The notes under the pieces are model-generated. The model was not told where the DNA came from, ran no database searches, and saw nothing but the letters and a program-made list of their open reading frames with translations. Below are positions 56,538 through 64,000 of a stretch of 64,000 nucleotides of DNA, one piece after another. The DNA comes from Alphaproteobacteria bacterium (GTDB lineage Bacteria; Pseudomonadota; Alphaproteobacteria; Micavibrionales; Micavibrionaceae). The position numbers and the translations under genes are program-made. Numbering within the stretch: position 1 is the first letter of the stretch; each line of letters starts with the position of its first letter. The stretch is from the NCBI GenBank assembly GCA_046293135.1, contig JBKBPR010000007.1:6026-70025 (forward strand), written 5' to 3'.

Positions 56538-57575
56538 TTATAATGCGAGCTCTTCCGGTTTTTTATGGCTATCAGATATCGTTTCAGGACGCTTTCCCTT
56601 TTGGGAGGCTGACGAAGCTTTTATAAGATCCAGATTAAACGGATCTACGTTTTTTCGGTGTTTGAATTCTTCCAGCATTTTTAGGCGAATTTTTTTACGT
56701 GCCGACTCGAAAATCTGTCGAATTCTTTCACGGCTCACGCTATGTTCTTGCGATATACTCTCAAGCGTGCGTTCAGGCTGCTCTGAAAAATCCTCAGGAT
56801 TTATGCCGAGGCGAGCCCATAAAATGCTTTGTTCTCTATCGTTTAATTTTTCCGAACTGCATTTGAAAACATCGCGCAGCATTGTGACGTCTTGCGTGTC
56901 AGCAATGGATTTTTCTATATCTTGCGCGCTATCATCTTCAAGTGCGTCCAGCCATTCTTGATCGCCGTCACGATCATGTCCTGAAAATTGTCTATTGTTT
57001 AATGATGCGGCATTTTGCGCCGCCCATTTTGCCTTGTAACTTTCCACTGTATTTACAGCGGCCTCCAATGAACTCACATAAGCATTTCCACTTGAAGAAC
57101 GGGCACGAAAGAGCTTTTCGGCTATGAGTGAATCAATTTCTTCTTCTTTAATATTTGGATGCTTGGCCACTATTTCAGCACGATACTTTCCGTAGTTATA
57201 AAATAAATGTTTTTCATGACCTTGAGAAATACCCAAGCGTTTCAACTGAGCGCCAATTAACTCATTGCGCATTTCAAAATGAGCGAATGTAAAAAATGCA
57301 GGAACATTTGGTCTTTGAGGGTCGTATTTTTTAATCGCAATGCTCAACCCGACCATCGCATGCGCGAACAGAGTATCTAATTTCTTCGGATCACGTGTGT
57401 ATTTTCGAGCCATTTTGTGACCGGCATTCAAAAAAGCATCATAAAGCGCATTCTCGATTTTTCTCTTTTCGGTCGCTGTTGTATCTTCCGCTTTATAAGC
57501 GGTTATTAAATTTTGAATTCGCGCAATCCCCGCTTCTCTGCTCTCTGAATTATTGGCATTTTTTTGGATAGGCAT
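56538..57575 (-). CDS. Second divergent sigma-70-family factor (sigma-32-like, degenerate RpoH-box)
   Basis: Region 2-like ...AMVGLSIAIKKYDPQRPNVPAFFTFAHFEMRNEL...; EKHLFYNYGK resembles the RpoH box QRKLFFNLRK; region 4 ...ISQEHSVSRERIRQIFESARKKIR. Confidence 0.65.
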   Translation of the reverse strand: MPIQKNANNSESREAGIARIQNLITAYKAEDTTATEKRKIENALYDAFLNAGHKMARKYTRDPKKLDTLFAHAMVGLSIAIKKYDPQRPNVPAFFTFAHFEMRNELIGAQLKRLGISQGHEKHLFYNYGKYRAEIVAKHPNIKEEEIDSLIAEKLFRARSSSGNAYVSSLEAAVNTVESYKAKWAAQNAASLNNRQFSGHDRDGDQEWLDALEDDSAQDIEKSIADTQDVTMLRDVFKCSSEKLNDREQSILWARLGINPEDFSEQPERTLESISQEHSVSRERIRQIFESARKKIRLKMLEEFKHRKNVDPFNLDLIKASSASQKGKRPETISDSHKKPEELAL

Positions 57576-57653
57576 GTATCGTATTCCTGTTCATTTTTTC
57601 TTAAACCTACGTTGTCATAATCTATTTGTCAAATTTATGGTATTCAGTACAAT

Positions 57654-58352
57654 ATGACTTACTCGCTTCCTATTCTGATTTATATGGCTTTTGCGTTTGC
57701 CGCGAGCGGGGTTTTGGTTTCCCTATGCGGACGGATTGTGAGGCATAATACATTGCCGAAATACCAGAGCGCGGCCTTGGGCTGTAGTTTGATTTGGGTG
57801 ATTTTTTCCTCTTTGATCTTGAGCCTGCTCAAAACGGATTTCTCTTTTGCAAAAATTGCGATTGAGCTTGCACTGCTTTTTGTGGTGGCGATTTTATACG
57901 GCAAAGTTCAAGTCAGAACAACGCAGCGCCCGCTCAAACAAATATACAACACTTTTATCCTGAAAATACTGGCTTTTGGCGCGGGTTGTGCTTTGATTTG
58001 GGCGCTGGTTTGCTCTATCGGCGCGGCTGTCTTTTACGGCCTTATCGTGATGGCAGGATTTGACAGCGATGAGGCTCTGGCCTTTGGGCTCTTAAGCGGG
58101 GTTGGCGGGCTGTTTTTGGCGCTCTTGGCTTTGGCGAATATTTACTACCAAAAAGCGCTCAAAAACTGCGCGGGTGATAAGACTGAAACTACTCCACCCG
58201 AAACGCTCCCCGAAACCCCGCTGCGGCAAGTGATATGGCCGTTCGCGCTGGCGATATTATTGTTGATGATCCCGATGATGGTCGAACGCTATATCAATTC
58301 CGAAAGATTCCTGGCACTTCAAAACCCACCGCAGCGCTTACAACGGGTGTAG
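57654..58352 (+). CDS. Polytopic membrane protein, unknown function
   Basis: 232 aa with ~6 hydrophobic segments, divergent from the sigma gene. Confidence 0.5.
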   Translation: MTYSLPILIYMAFAFAASGVLVSLCGRIVRHNTLPKYQSAALGCSLIWVIFSSLILSLLKTDFSFAKIAIELALLFVVAILYGKVQVRTTQRPLKQIYNTFILKILAFGAGCALIWALVCSIGAAVFYGLIVMAGFDSDEALAFGLLSGVGGLFLALLALANIYYQKALKNCAGDKTETTPPETLPETPLRQVIWPFALAILLLMIPMMVERYINSERFLALQNPPQRLQRV

Positions 58353-58385
58353 AATTTATTTGCGGCCATTTGAATCTCCTATGTT

Positions 58386-58949
58386 CTAAGGCTTACAGTT
58401 ATTTAGATTTTGGTACATAAAGGCTGAAGCTTCTTGCATCTCCGCTTTTGAATGAAGTCGGTATCGCCCCACATAACGCATAATTACGACTCCCTCATCA
58501 CCTGCGAGTGTTTTATTGACAGGTTTGGGATGATCCGTAAATGCTGTATCTTGTGAATAAATATGACAGCAGTCAGGCTGTTCCCGTAGTATAACTTCCG
58601 CGCTCTTATATGGTATTTGTGGAATTAAATCAGCATACGTTTCACCAGTTTCCGAGCGGATTATTTCAAAAACTAGGGCATTTGAACGATTAGTATTCTC
58701 TAATGCCATCAATATTTTTTGCTCGTCCGTCATGCCTGGACGCCAGTTCCGGCAGGGGTCACGCCCGAAAAGCAAGGAGCCTGTCCAAAGCATAAAGGCA
58801 CTAAAAAGCAAGGTTGAGATGATAATGACAGCAATGAGCGTTTTGAGCCGTCTTCTGACAATTTTGGTGCGCTTGTCAAAAACACCTACAGTTTCGTCTT
58901 TAATCATAATTAAAATAGCCCAACCTGTTTTAATAATCATAAACATCAC
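58386..58949 (-). CDS. Membrane-anchored hypothetical protein
   Basis: 187-aa ORF with one TM (LIAVIIISTLLFSAFMLWTGSLL). AT-rich. Confidence 0.4.
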   Translation of the reverse strand: MMFMIIKTGWAILIMIKDETVGVFDKRTKIVRRRLKTLIAVIIISTLLFSAFMLWTGSLLFGRDPCRNWRPGMTDEQKILMALENTNRSNALVFEIIRSETGETYADLIPQIPYKSAEVILREQPDCCHIYSQDTAFTDHPKPVNKTLAGDEGVVIMRYVGRYRLHSKAEMQEASAFMYQNLNNCKP

Positions 58950-58957
58950 CTTAGCAA

Positions 58958-59269
58958 TCAGGCGCTACCTGTCCAATTTGTGCTGACGGGGTACACTCTT
59001 TCCTCTTGGGTGACTCCTGATGATTTTGGATAAAAAATATTTTTGGAAAATTTCAGTACCTTACGCACATGGTCGAAACTTTGATTTGCCGTTAGTTGGT
59101 TCTTGGGGTGCTCTAATTTGCGTGTTTCAACCGAAGATCCCTCAAATAAAAAGTGTTGCGCATTAGCTGACGTATCAAAGTCATCAGGCATCGCAAAAAG
59201 AAACACGGCGCAGGCAAAAGCAATCAAACAAAGCAGAAACAGTCTTTTTTTATCGTGATATTTTTTCAT
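58958..59269 (-). CDS. Small secreted or anchored hypothetical protein
   Basis: 103 aa with an N-terminal hydrophobic segment LFLLCLIAFACAVFLFA. Confidence 0.4.
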   Translation of the reverse strand: MKKYHDKKRLFLLCLIAFACAVFLFAMPDDFDTSANAQHFLFEGSSVETRKLEHPKNQLTANQSFDHVRKVLKFSKNIFYPKSSGVTQEERVYPVSTNWTGSA

Positions 59270-59340
59270 TGTTGCTCTTTCTTATGACCGACACAGAGTT
59301 TTTGTCTATTGCGAGGATAGTTTTAAAATCGGGGATTTAC

Positions 59341-59829
59341 TCAATCTTCAACGCCCCAATTTTTTGAGTATTTGTGTTTTTTCTCACAATATTTGGAGTA
59401 TTCATAAACACTATTGGATTTACCACCGCCAATAGACATATCAGTTACATTCATATTGTCGTCAAACTGAACCGCGACATTCCAGACCGAACTCATAAAT
59501 ACCAAAGGCGGTTCAAGTGCTTTATAGTAGCTATACATATTATGTCCGACGTGTTCTGGAACTTTTTCAGCATTTGCACCACCTGCTTTCACCAAAACCC
59601 GATCAACAAAATTCTTTGGCGTACCAACTGGAAAAAGCTTGGCCAGAATTTCTCTTCGGATGCAGATATTGACCGTGTAGTCCTCGAACCGAAACTGATC
59701 TGGATCAAAATTTTGATGATAAGGGTTGAGAATTTTATCCTTGCTGCCAAAGCCTTGCGCCCACAAAGCCACCGCTGGAATACACAACAACCCCATACCC
59801 AAAATTATTAATAAAAGATATTTTTTCAT
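59341..59829 (-). CDS. Secreted hypothetical protein
   Basis: 162 aa with the signal peptide MKKYLLLIILGMGLLCIPAVALWA. Confidence 0.45.
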   Translation of the reverse strand: MKKYLLLIILGMGLLCIPAVALWAQGFGSKDKILNPYHQNFDPDQFRFEDYTVNICIRREILAKLFPVGTPKNFVDRVLVKAGGANAEKVPEHVGHNMYSYYKALEPPLVFMSSVWNVAVQFDDNMNVTDMSIGGGKSNSVYEYSKYCEKKHKYSKNWGVED

Positions 59830-60109
59830 GAGCCCTCAAAGCGCAAAGTAACCGAATTTATAAAATATGACGTGAATCTGCGCCTGTTACAATCCAAATA
59901 GTGGTGTATTTTTTCATATATTTCCTATTGTTTGCGCAGAATCTGCCCTATCGCCGTGTTTGCCGCACAAATAAAATCTGATAAATTATAGAGCCCGCCA
60001 TTGTCCACAGCCTATTCCTTGTATATGATATTTACGGTGGATTGGCGCAATGCGTTATGCCATACAGGGAATAGTTCAATATCAAAGAAGCTGAAAATCA
60101 GATATTTCT

Positions 60110-60610
60110 ATGAAAGATGAAGATGATATATTGCGGTATGACCGCATGGTCGAGCAAGCTCTGCGCGGCGTTGTAAAAAAATCCATCGAGGAGGTCATGC
60201 AATATGGCCTTGGCGGGGATCATCATTTTTACATTACGTTTATGACCGATTATCCGGGGGTCAGCATACCTGACTACCTACGTGAGCGCTATCCCGGTGA
60301 AATGACGATTGTGTTGCAATATCAATTCAGCGATTTGGGCGTTGATAATGAGTTCCTGCGGGTTACGCTCTCGTTTAACAGCGTGCCGGAGCGTCTGGTT
60401 ATTCCACTCAATGCGATTTCCATTTTTGCCGATCCGTCGGTTAATTTTGCGCTGCAATTCCAGCCGATGACCGATGATGAGTTCGAGGAATCCGATTTTG
60501 ACGCTTTCGAGGATGACGATAATCCGGATGATGACGGTTCGGGCGGCAAAAAATCCAAGGGCGATAAAACCGGCGAAGTGGTCTCGCTCGATAAATTCCG
60601 TAAGAAATAA
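60110..60610 (+). CDS. sspB: ClpXP adaptor SspB (alpha-proteobacterial type)
   Basis: ...YDRMVEQALRGVV...GDHHFYITFMTDYPGVSIPDYLRERYPGEMTIVLQYQF... closely matches my recollection of Caulobacter SspB-alpha. The acidic linker and C-terminal ...VVSLDKFRKK form a ClpX-binding-like tail. Confidence 0.8.
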   Translation: MKDEDDILRYDRMVEQALRGVVKKSIEEVMQYGLGGDHHFYITFMTDYPGVSIPDYLRERYPGEMTIVLQYQFSDLGVDNEFLRVTLSFNSVPERLVIPLNAISIFADPSVNFALQFQPMTDDEFEESDFDAFEDDDNPDDDGSGGKKSKGDKTGEVVSLDKFRKK

Positions 60611-60613
60611 TTC

Positions 60614-61369
60614 GTGCGGCTTTGGCTTCAGTCATATTTTGATAGTTTTAAGCACGCGCTTTCTCCTATGAGCGCCAATCCACTGCTGCTGGCTGGGGTT
60701 ATTTTGGGGAATATTGCCCCTGTTTTCGGTGTTATTTTCTTTGAGTGGTCGCTTTTTGATATTTTTTATCTTTATTGGGCGGAAAATGTTCTGATCGGCT
60801 TTATGGTTATCGTCAGAATGTTGGTGGTCGGGGCGGCATCGGGTATTGCTATGCTGTTCGGCTCTATTAATTTCGTCATATTTTTCTGCTTTCATTACGG
60901 GTTGTTTTGTATGGTGCATGGAACGATCCTGTTCGACCTGTTCGGCAATGATGTCCAATTGGCGAAAAGCGTGAGCAAGCATCCAGAATTACTCATCGCT
61001 TTTGCCTTTAACGGTGCGCAAGACGGGTTTTTAATCGCGCTGAGCGGGATTGCTCTAATCGTTGTCATTGAGGGCCTGAAAGCCATGCGCGAGGATAAAG
61101 CAGAGGCACGGCTTCCCGTCGCCGTCATGTTCAGACCGTATGGCCGTATTTTGGTTTTGCATACAGCTATATTGCTCGGCGGATTTGCGGCGCAATCTCT
61201 GGGAGAACCGGTAAGTGCGCTGATCTTTCTTATCGTTTTGAAAATCATATATGACATTATTTGTATGCAGGAAAAGCGCTTGGCTGAAGCTGGTAATCCC
61301 GACTCAGAGCCAGAAGCTGATAAACGCGTAAACAACGATAAAGCCGATAAAGCCGATAAACACAGCTAA
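60614..61369 (+). CDS. Polytopic membrane protein (DUF6498-like, from memory)
   Basis: ...FFEWSLFDIFYLYWAENVLIG... The probable start is MSANPLL at 60668. Confidence 0.5.
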   Translation: MRLWLQSYFDSFKHALSPMSANPLLLAGVILGNIAPVFGVIFFEWSLFDIFYLYWAENVLIGFMVIVRMLVVGAASGIAMLFGSINFVIFFCFHYGLFCMVHGTILFDLFGNDVQLAKSVSKHPELLIAFAFNGAQDGFLIALSGIALIVVIEGLKAMREDKAEARLPVAVMFRPYGRILVLHTAILLGGFAAQSLGEPVSALIFLIVLKIIYDIICMQEKRLAEAGNPDSEPEADKRVNNDKADKADKHS

Positions 61370-61383
61370 AAACCGATACCTAT

Positions 61384-62367
61384 ATGTTATGGACGCCGGA
61401 CATTCAGATTGACCAAGACCCGCAAGTGCGGGTGCTGCTAAAGCGCGGGGAAATGCTCGATTCATCGCGGCACAATGATGATGGCTCTGCCCGCAAAATT
61501 CCCTTTAAGGTGTATTACCCTGACGGTCACGATCAAGAGCGCTTGCCCGTTGTGATCTGGTCGCATGGCTTTGGCGGCTCACAGGACGGGGCGGGGTTTT
61601 TATCGCGCTTTATTGCCGCGCATGGCTATGTCGTGGTGCATCCGACGCATATCGGAACGGATAGCTCGCTCTGGGAGGGGAAAGCAGGGCATCCTTGGGA
61701 TATTTTGCGCCAAACCAAGGTTTCACGGCTGACAACGCTCAACCGCTTTTTGGATATTCCCTATTTGCTCAACGAGCTGCCGCATTGGGCTTTGGAAAAC
61801 CCTGATCCGGGACGTTTTATGGATTTTGAGGCTATCGGCATGTCCGGCCACTCCTTCGGCGCGCTCAGCACCCAAATCGCCGCGGGGCAGTATTTTGCCG
61901 ATGAGGATCAAAAGCTGATCCGCCTGCGTGAGGAGCGGATAAAAGCGGGCATCCTCTACAGCCCTGTCCCCGTTGCTGAGCATTTGCTGGATAAGATCGT
62001 TGATCTGGGCGGGACGAATATCTACCAACCGATTGAAATTCCGCTCTTGCATATGACGGGAACGCTTGATGATGCGCCGATTGGCGGCATGGCTTACGAT
62101 CACAGGCTGGTGGTTTTTGAAAATTCCGGCCATGACGAGAAATTCCTGCTCGTCAAGGACGGCGCGGATCACATGGTCTATAACGGCACGCGCGGCAAGC
62201 TGGAGCGCAATCCCGACCGCGATACCCACGAGGCGCTGATTAAGGCGTTTTCGCTGGCCTATTGGGAAGCCTATCTGAAGGGGGATGAGCGGGCGATGGA
62301 ATGGCTCAAAAGCACGGCGGCCAGTGATTATCTGGGGCAACGGGGCAGCTTCAAGAACGCGGTTTGA
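61384..62367 (+). CDS. Alpha/beta hydrolase (PAF-acetylhydrolase/dienelactone-hydrolase-like)
   Basis: Nucleophile elbow GMSGHSFGA; ...VVIWSHGFGGS... Confidence 0.7.
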   Translation: MLWTPDIQIDQDPQVRVLLKRGEMLDSSRHNDDGSARKIPFKVYYPDGHDQERLPVVIWSHGFGGSQDGAGFLSRFIAAHGYVVVHPTHIGTDSSLWEGKAGHPWDILRQTKVSRLTTLNRFLDIPYLLNELPHWALENPDPGRFMDFEAIGMSGHSFGALSTQIAAGQYFADEDQKLIRLREERIKAGILYSPVPVAEHLLDKIVDLGGTNIYQPIEIPLLHMTGTLDDAPIGGMAYDHRLVVFENSGHDEKFLLVKDGADHMVYNGTRGKLERNPDRDTHEALIKAFSLAYWEAYLKGDERAMEWLKSTAASDYLGQRGSFKNAV

Positions 62368-62521
62368 GAGCGCCTGACGCGCAAAACCCTGCTGCGCGAA
62401 AATCCGCCCAAAAAAACCAAAGCAAAACCTCCGTAAAATCTAAGCGAAAAAATGAATAGCAACGACACAAAATCGAAAACGCCGCTTTGCTTTTTCGTGA
62501 AAATGGATTATTTCCTGTTGC

Positions 62522-63460
62522 ATGATTGAAAACGCGATAGAAATTCAAAACCTCTGCAAAACCTACAAACCAGCGGGCAAGGGCGCGGCCAAGCTGGCGC
62601 TTGATGATGTATCGATGGTTATCCCGCGCGGCTCGATATTCGGGCTTTTGGGGCCGAACGGGGCGGGGAAATCAACGCTTATCAACATTATGGCGGGTTT
62701 GGTGCAGAAATCCTCCGGCACGATGCGGGTATGGGGCATTGATATTGATCAGGATATGCGCAACGCCAAGGCGGCGGTGGGGATTGTTCCGCAAGAGGTC
62801 AGCTTTGACCCGTTTTTCAGCCCGCTGCAAATTCTCGATCTGATGGGCGGGCTTTATGGCGTGCCCAAAGCCGAGCGCCGCTCGATGGCGCTGCTTGAAA
62901 CGATGGGGCTGGGCGACAAGGCGCATGCCTATACGCGCTCGCTTTCGGGCGGTATGAAGCGGCGTTTGATGGTCGCCAAGGCCATGGTGCATAATCCGCC
63001 GATTTTGGTGCTTGACGAGCCGACGGCGGGCGTTGATATCGAGCTGCGCAAGGCGCTGTGGGACAATGTTCGCAGCCTCAACCAGCGCGGCGTGACGATT
63101 GTCCTGACGACCCATTATCTCGAAGAAGCCGAAGAGCTCTGCGATAAAATCGCGATTATCAATCACGGCAAGCTGATTGCCTGTGAGGATAAGGAAAAAC
63201 TACTTTCGCGCATCGATAATAAGGAAATTCGCTTCCGTCTTAGCAAGCCGATAGAGGGCGATATTCCAAGCATTCTAAGCCCTTACGCCCCTGAAAAGGC
63301 GGGGCAGCGCAGCTTGATTATTCGCTTCAGCCCTGCCGAACGCTCGGTCGGTGAGATTATCAAGGCCATTCAGGATTGCGGGTTGGATATTGACGATATC
63401 TCGACAAAAGACAGTGATCTGGAGAATGTTTTCCTGCAGCTCACGCGCAAAGCGGCTTAG
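62522..63460 (+). CDS. ABC transporter ATP-binding protein (ABC-2/DrrA-like)
   Basis: Walker A GPNGAGKST; signature LSGGMKRR; Walker B ILVLDEPT. Confidence 0.9.
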   Translation: MIENAIEIQNLCKTYKPAGKGAAKLALDDVSMVIPRGSIFGLLGPNGAGKSTLINIMAGLVQKSSGTMRVWGIDIDQDMRNAKAAVGIVPQEVSFDPFFSPLQILDLMGGLYGVPKAERRSMALLETMGLGDKAHAYTRSLSGGMKRRLMVAKAMVHNPPILVLDEPTAGVDIELRKALWDNVRSLNQRGVTIVLTTHYLEEAEELCDKIAIINHGKLIACEDKEKLLSRIDNKEIRFRLSKPIEGDIPSILSPYAPEKAGQRSLIIRFSPAERSVGEIIKAIQDCGLDIDDISTKDSDLENVFLQLTRKAA

Positions 63461-63611
63461 GGGCGGCCTTAGAGCCTCAAGGCTCTCATAAGTTAGGCCT
63501 TATAAGCCAGCCCCCATCACCCGCCGCACGAAAATCAATTTCTTTGTTGTCGGAACGGGGGCGAGTGTGCTTAAGTGTGCTTTCAGTCGGCTGAATAACC
63601 GCCTTATATGC

Positions 63612-63687
63612 GCGCCCGTAGCTCAGGGGATAGAGCACTGGTTTCCGGAGCCAGGTGTCGGAAGTTCGAATCTTCCCGGGCGCGCCA
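63612..63687 (+). tRNA. tRNA-Arg (anticodon CCG)
   Basis: GCGCCCG TA GCTC AGGGGATA GAGC A CTGGT TTCCGGA GCCAG GTGTC GGAAG TTCGAAT CTTCC CGGGCGC G CCA folds as a clean cloverleaf. Confidence 0.9.
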
Positions 63688-63801
63688 TCTCACATTTCCC
63701 TTATATTAAGCGTGTTTTAAAAAAAACCTAATGTCTCATGCCTTTCCATTAAGAAGATTTTAGGGGATAATGAAGTAATATTATTGTTTACGGGAATTGT
63801 T

Positions 63802-64000
63802 ATGAAAAAATTATTGTTCTTCTTGTTTTTCTGCTTGTGCCGTCAATTGCGCATGCTGAGCTTCAAGGAACATTTGTTGCGGCGGGCGATAGCTGTGCGG
63901 GATTACCCGAAGGGGCAACGGCTGTAACTGCTGATCCTGACCAAAGCAGGCGTCAAATCATCCTGATTTGTAACGGCACGGTCTGGGAAGCAAAGCTCCC
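63802..64000 (+). CDS. 5' fragment of a secreted-protein gene carrying the same Cys module as the LamG protein; apparent frame break in a T5 run (63826-63830)
   Basis: ATG 63802 gives MKKLLFFLFF..., which stops at 63925. The other frame reads ...LLVPSIAHAELQGTFVAAGDSCAGLPEGATAVTADPDQSRRQIILICNGTVWEAKL and is open to the window end. Adding one T joins the signal peptide to that frame. Confidence 0.35.

Noticed and set aside
63540-63611. I considered whether the tandem AGTGTGCTT x2 and a GGGGCGAGTG copy upstream of tRNA-Arg mark another integration site or arm-type site.
   Set aside because: No integrase, no tRNA fragment repeat and no compositional break occur downstream of this tRNA within the window. 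The resemblance to island B sites (AGTGTGCC) is only partial.

Overview
This looks like a chromosomal segment from an alphaproteobacterium. Supporting features are a two-piece (permuted) tmRNA with an ANDN-type tag, an alpha-type SspB, hflK-hflC-DUF2065-htrA-miaA synteny, and a thyA/folA pair. The left third (about 1-22.4 kb) is accessory DNA. It holds an ars operon and a decaying defence cluster: an HTH + AlbA_2/HATPase operon, a type III R-M remnant, and an OLD-family nuclease with one nonsense codon. An intact hipBA follows, then two different integrase/replicase islands stacked in tandem at the initiator tRNA-Met gene; the second copy of the att repeat is a 45-nt tRNA fragment. The rest is mostly housekeeping: thiOSGF, ppa, cspA, rhlE, ilvB with a leader-peptide attenuator, miaA, htrA, hflKC, apbC, folA, thyA, ssrA, sspB, an ABC ATPase and tRNA-Arg. 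This core is interrupted by visibly AT-rich or repeat-rich insertions: a repeat-dense 0.9-kb intergenic region, a methyltransferase between folA and thyA, a giant LamG/DUF1566 secreted protein, an archaic chaperone-usher locus with DUF4402-like subunits, and a block with two divergent sigma-32-like factors plus membrane or secreted orphans. No CRISPR array, rRNA or transposase was seen. All family names come from reading motifs in the translations and need HMM or BLAST confirmation.
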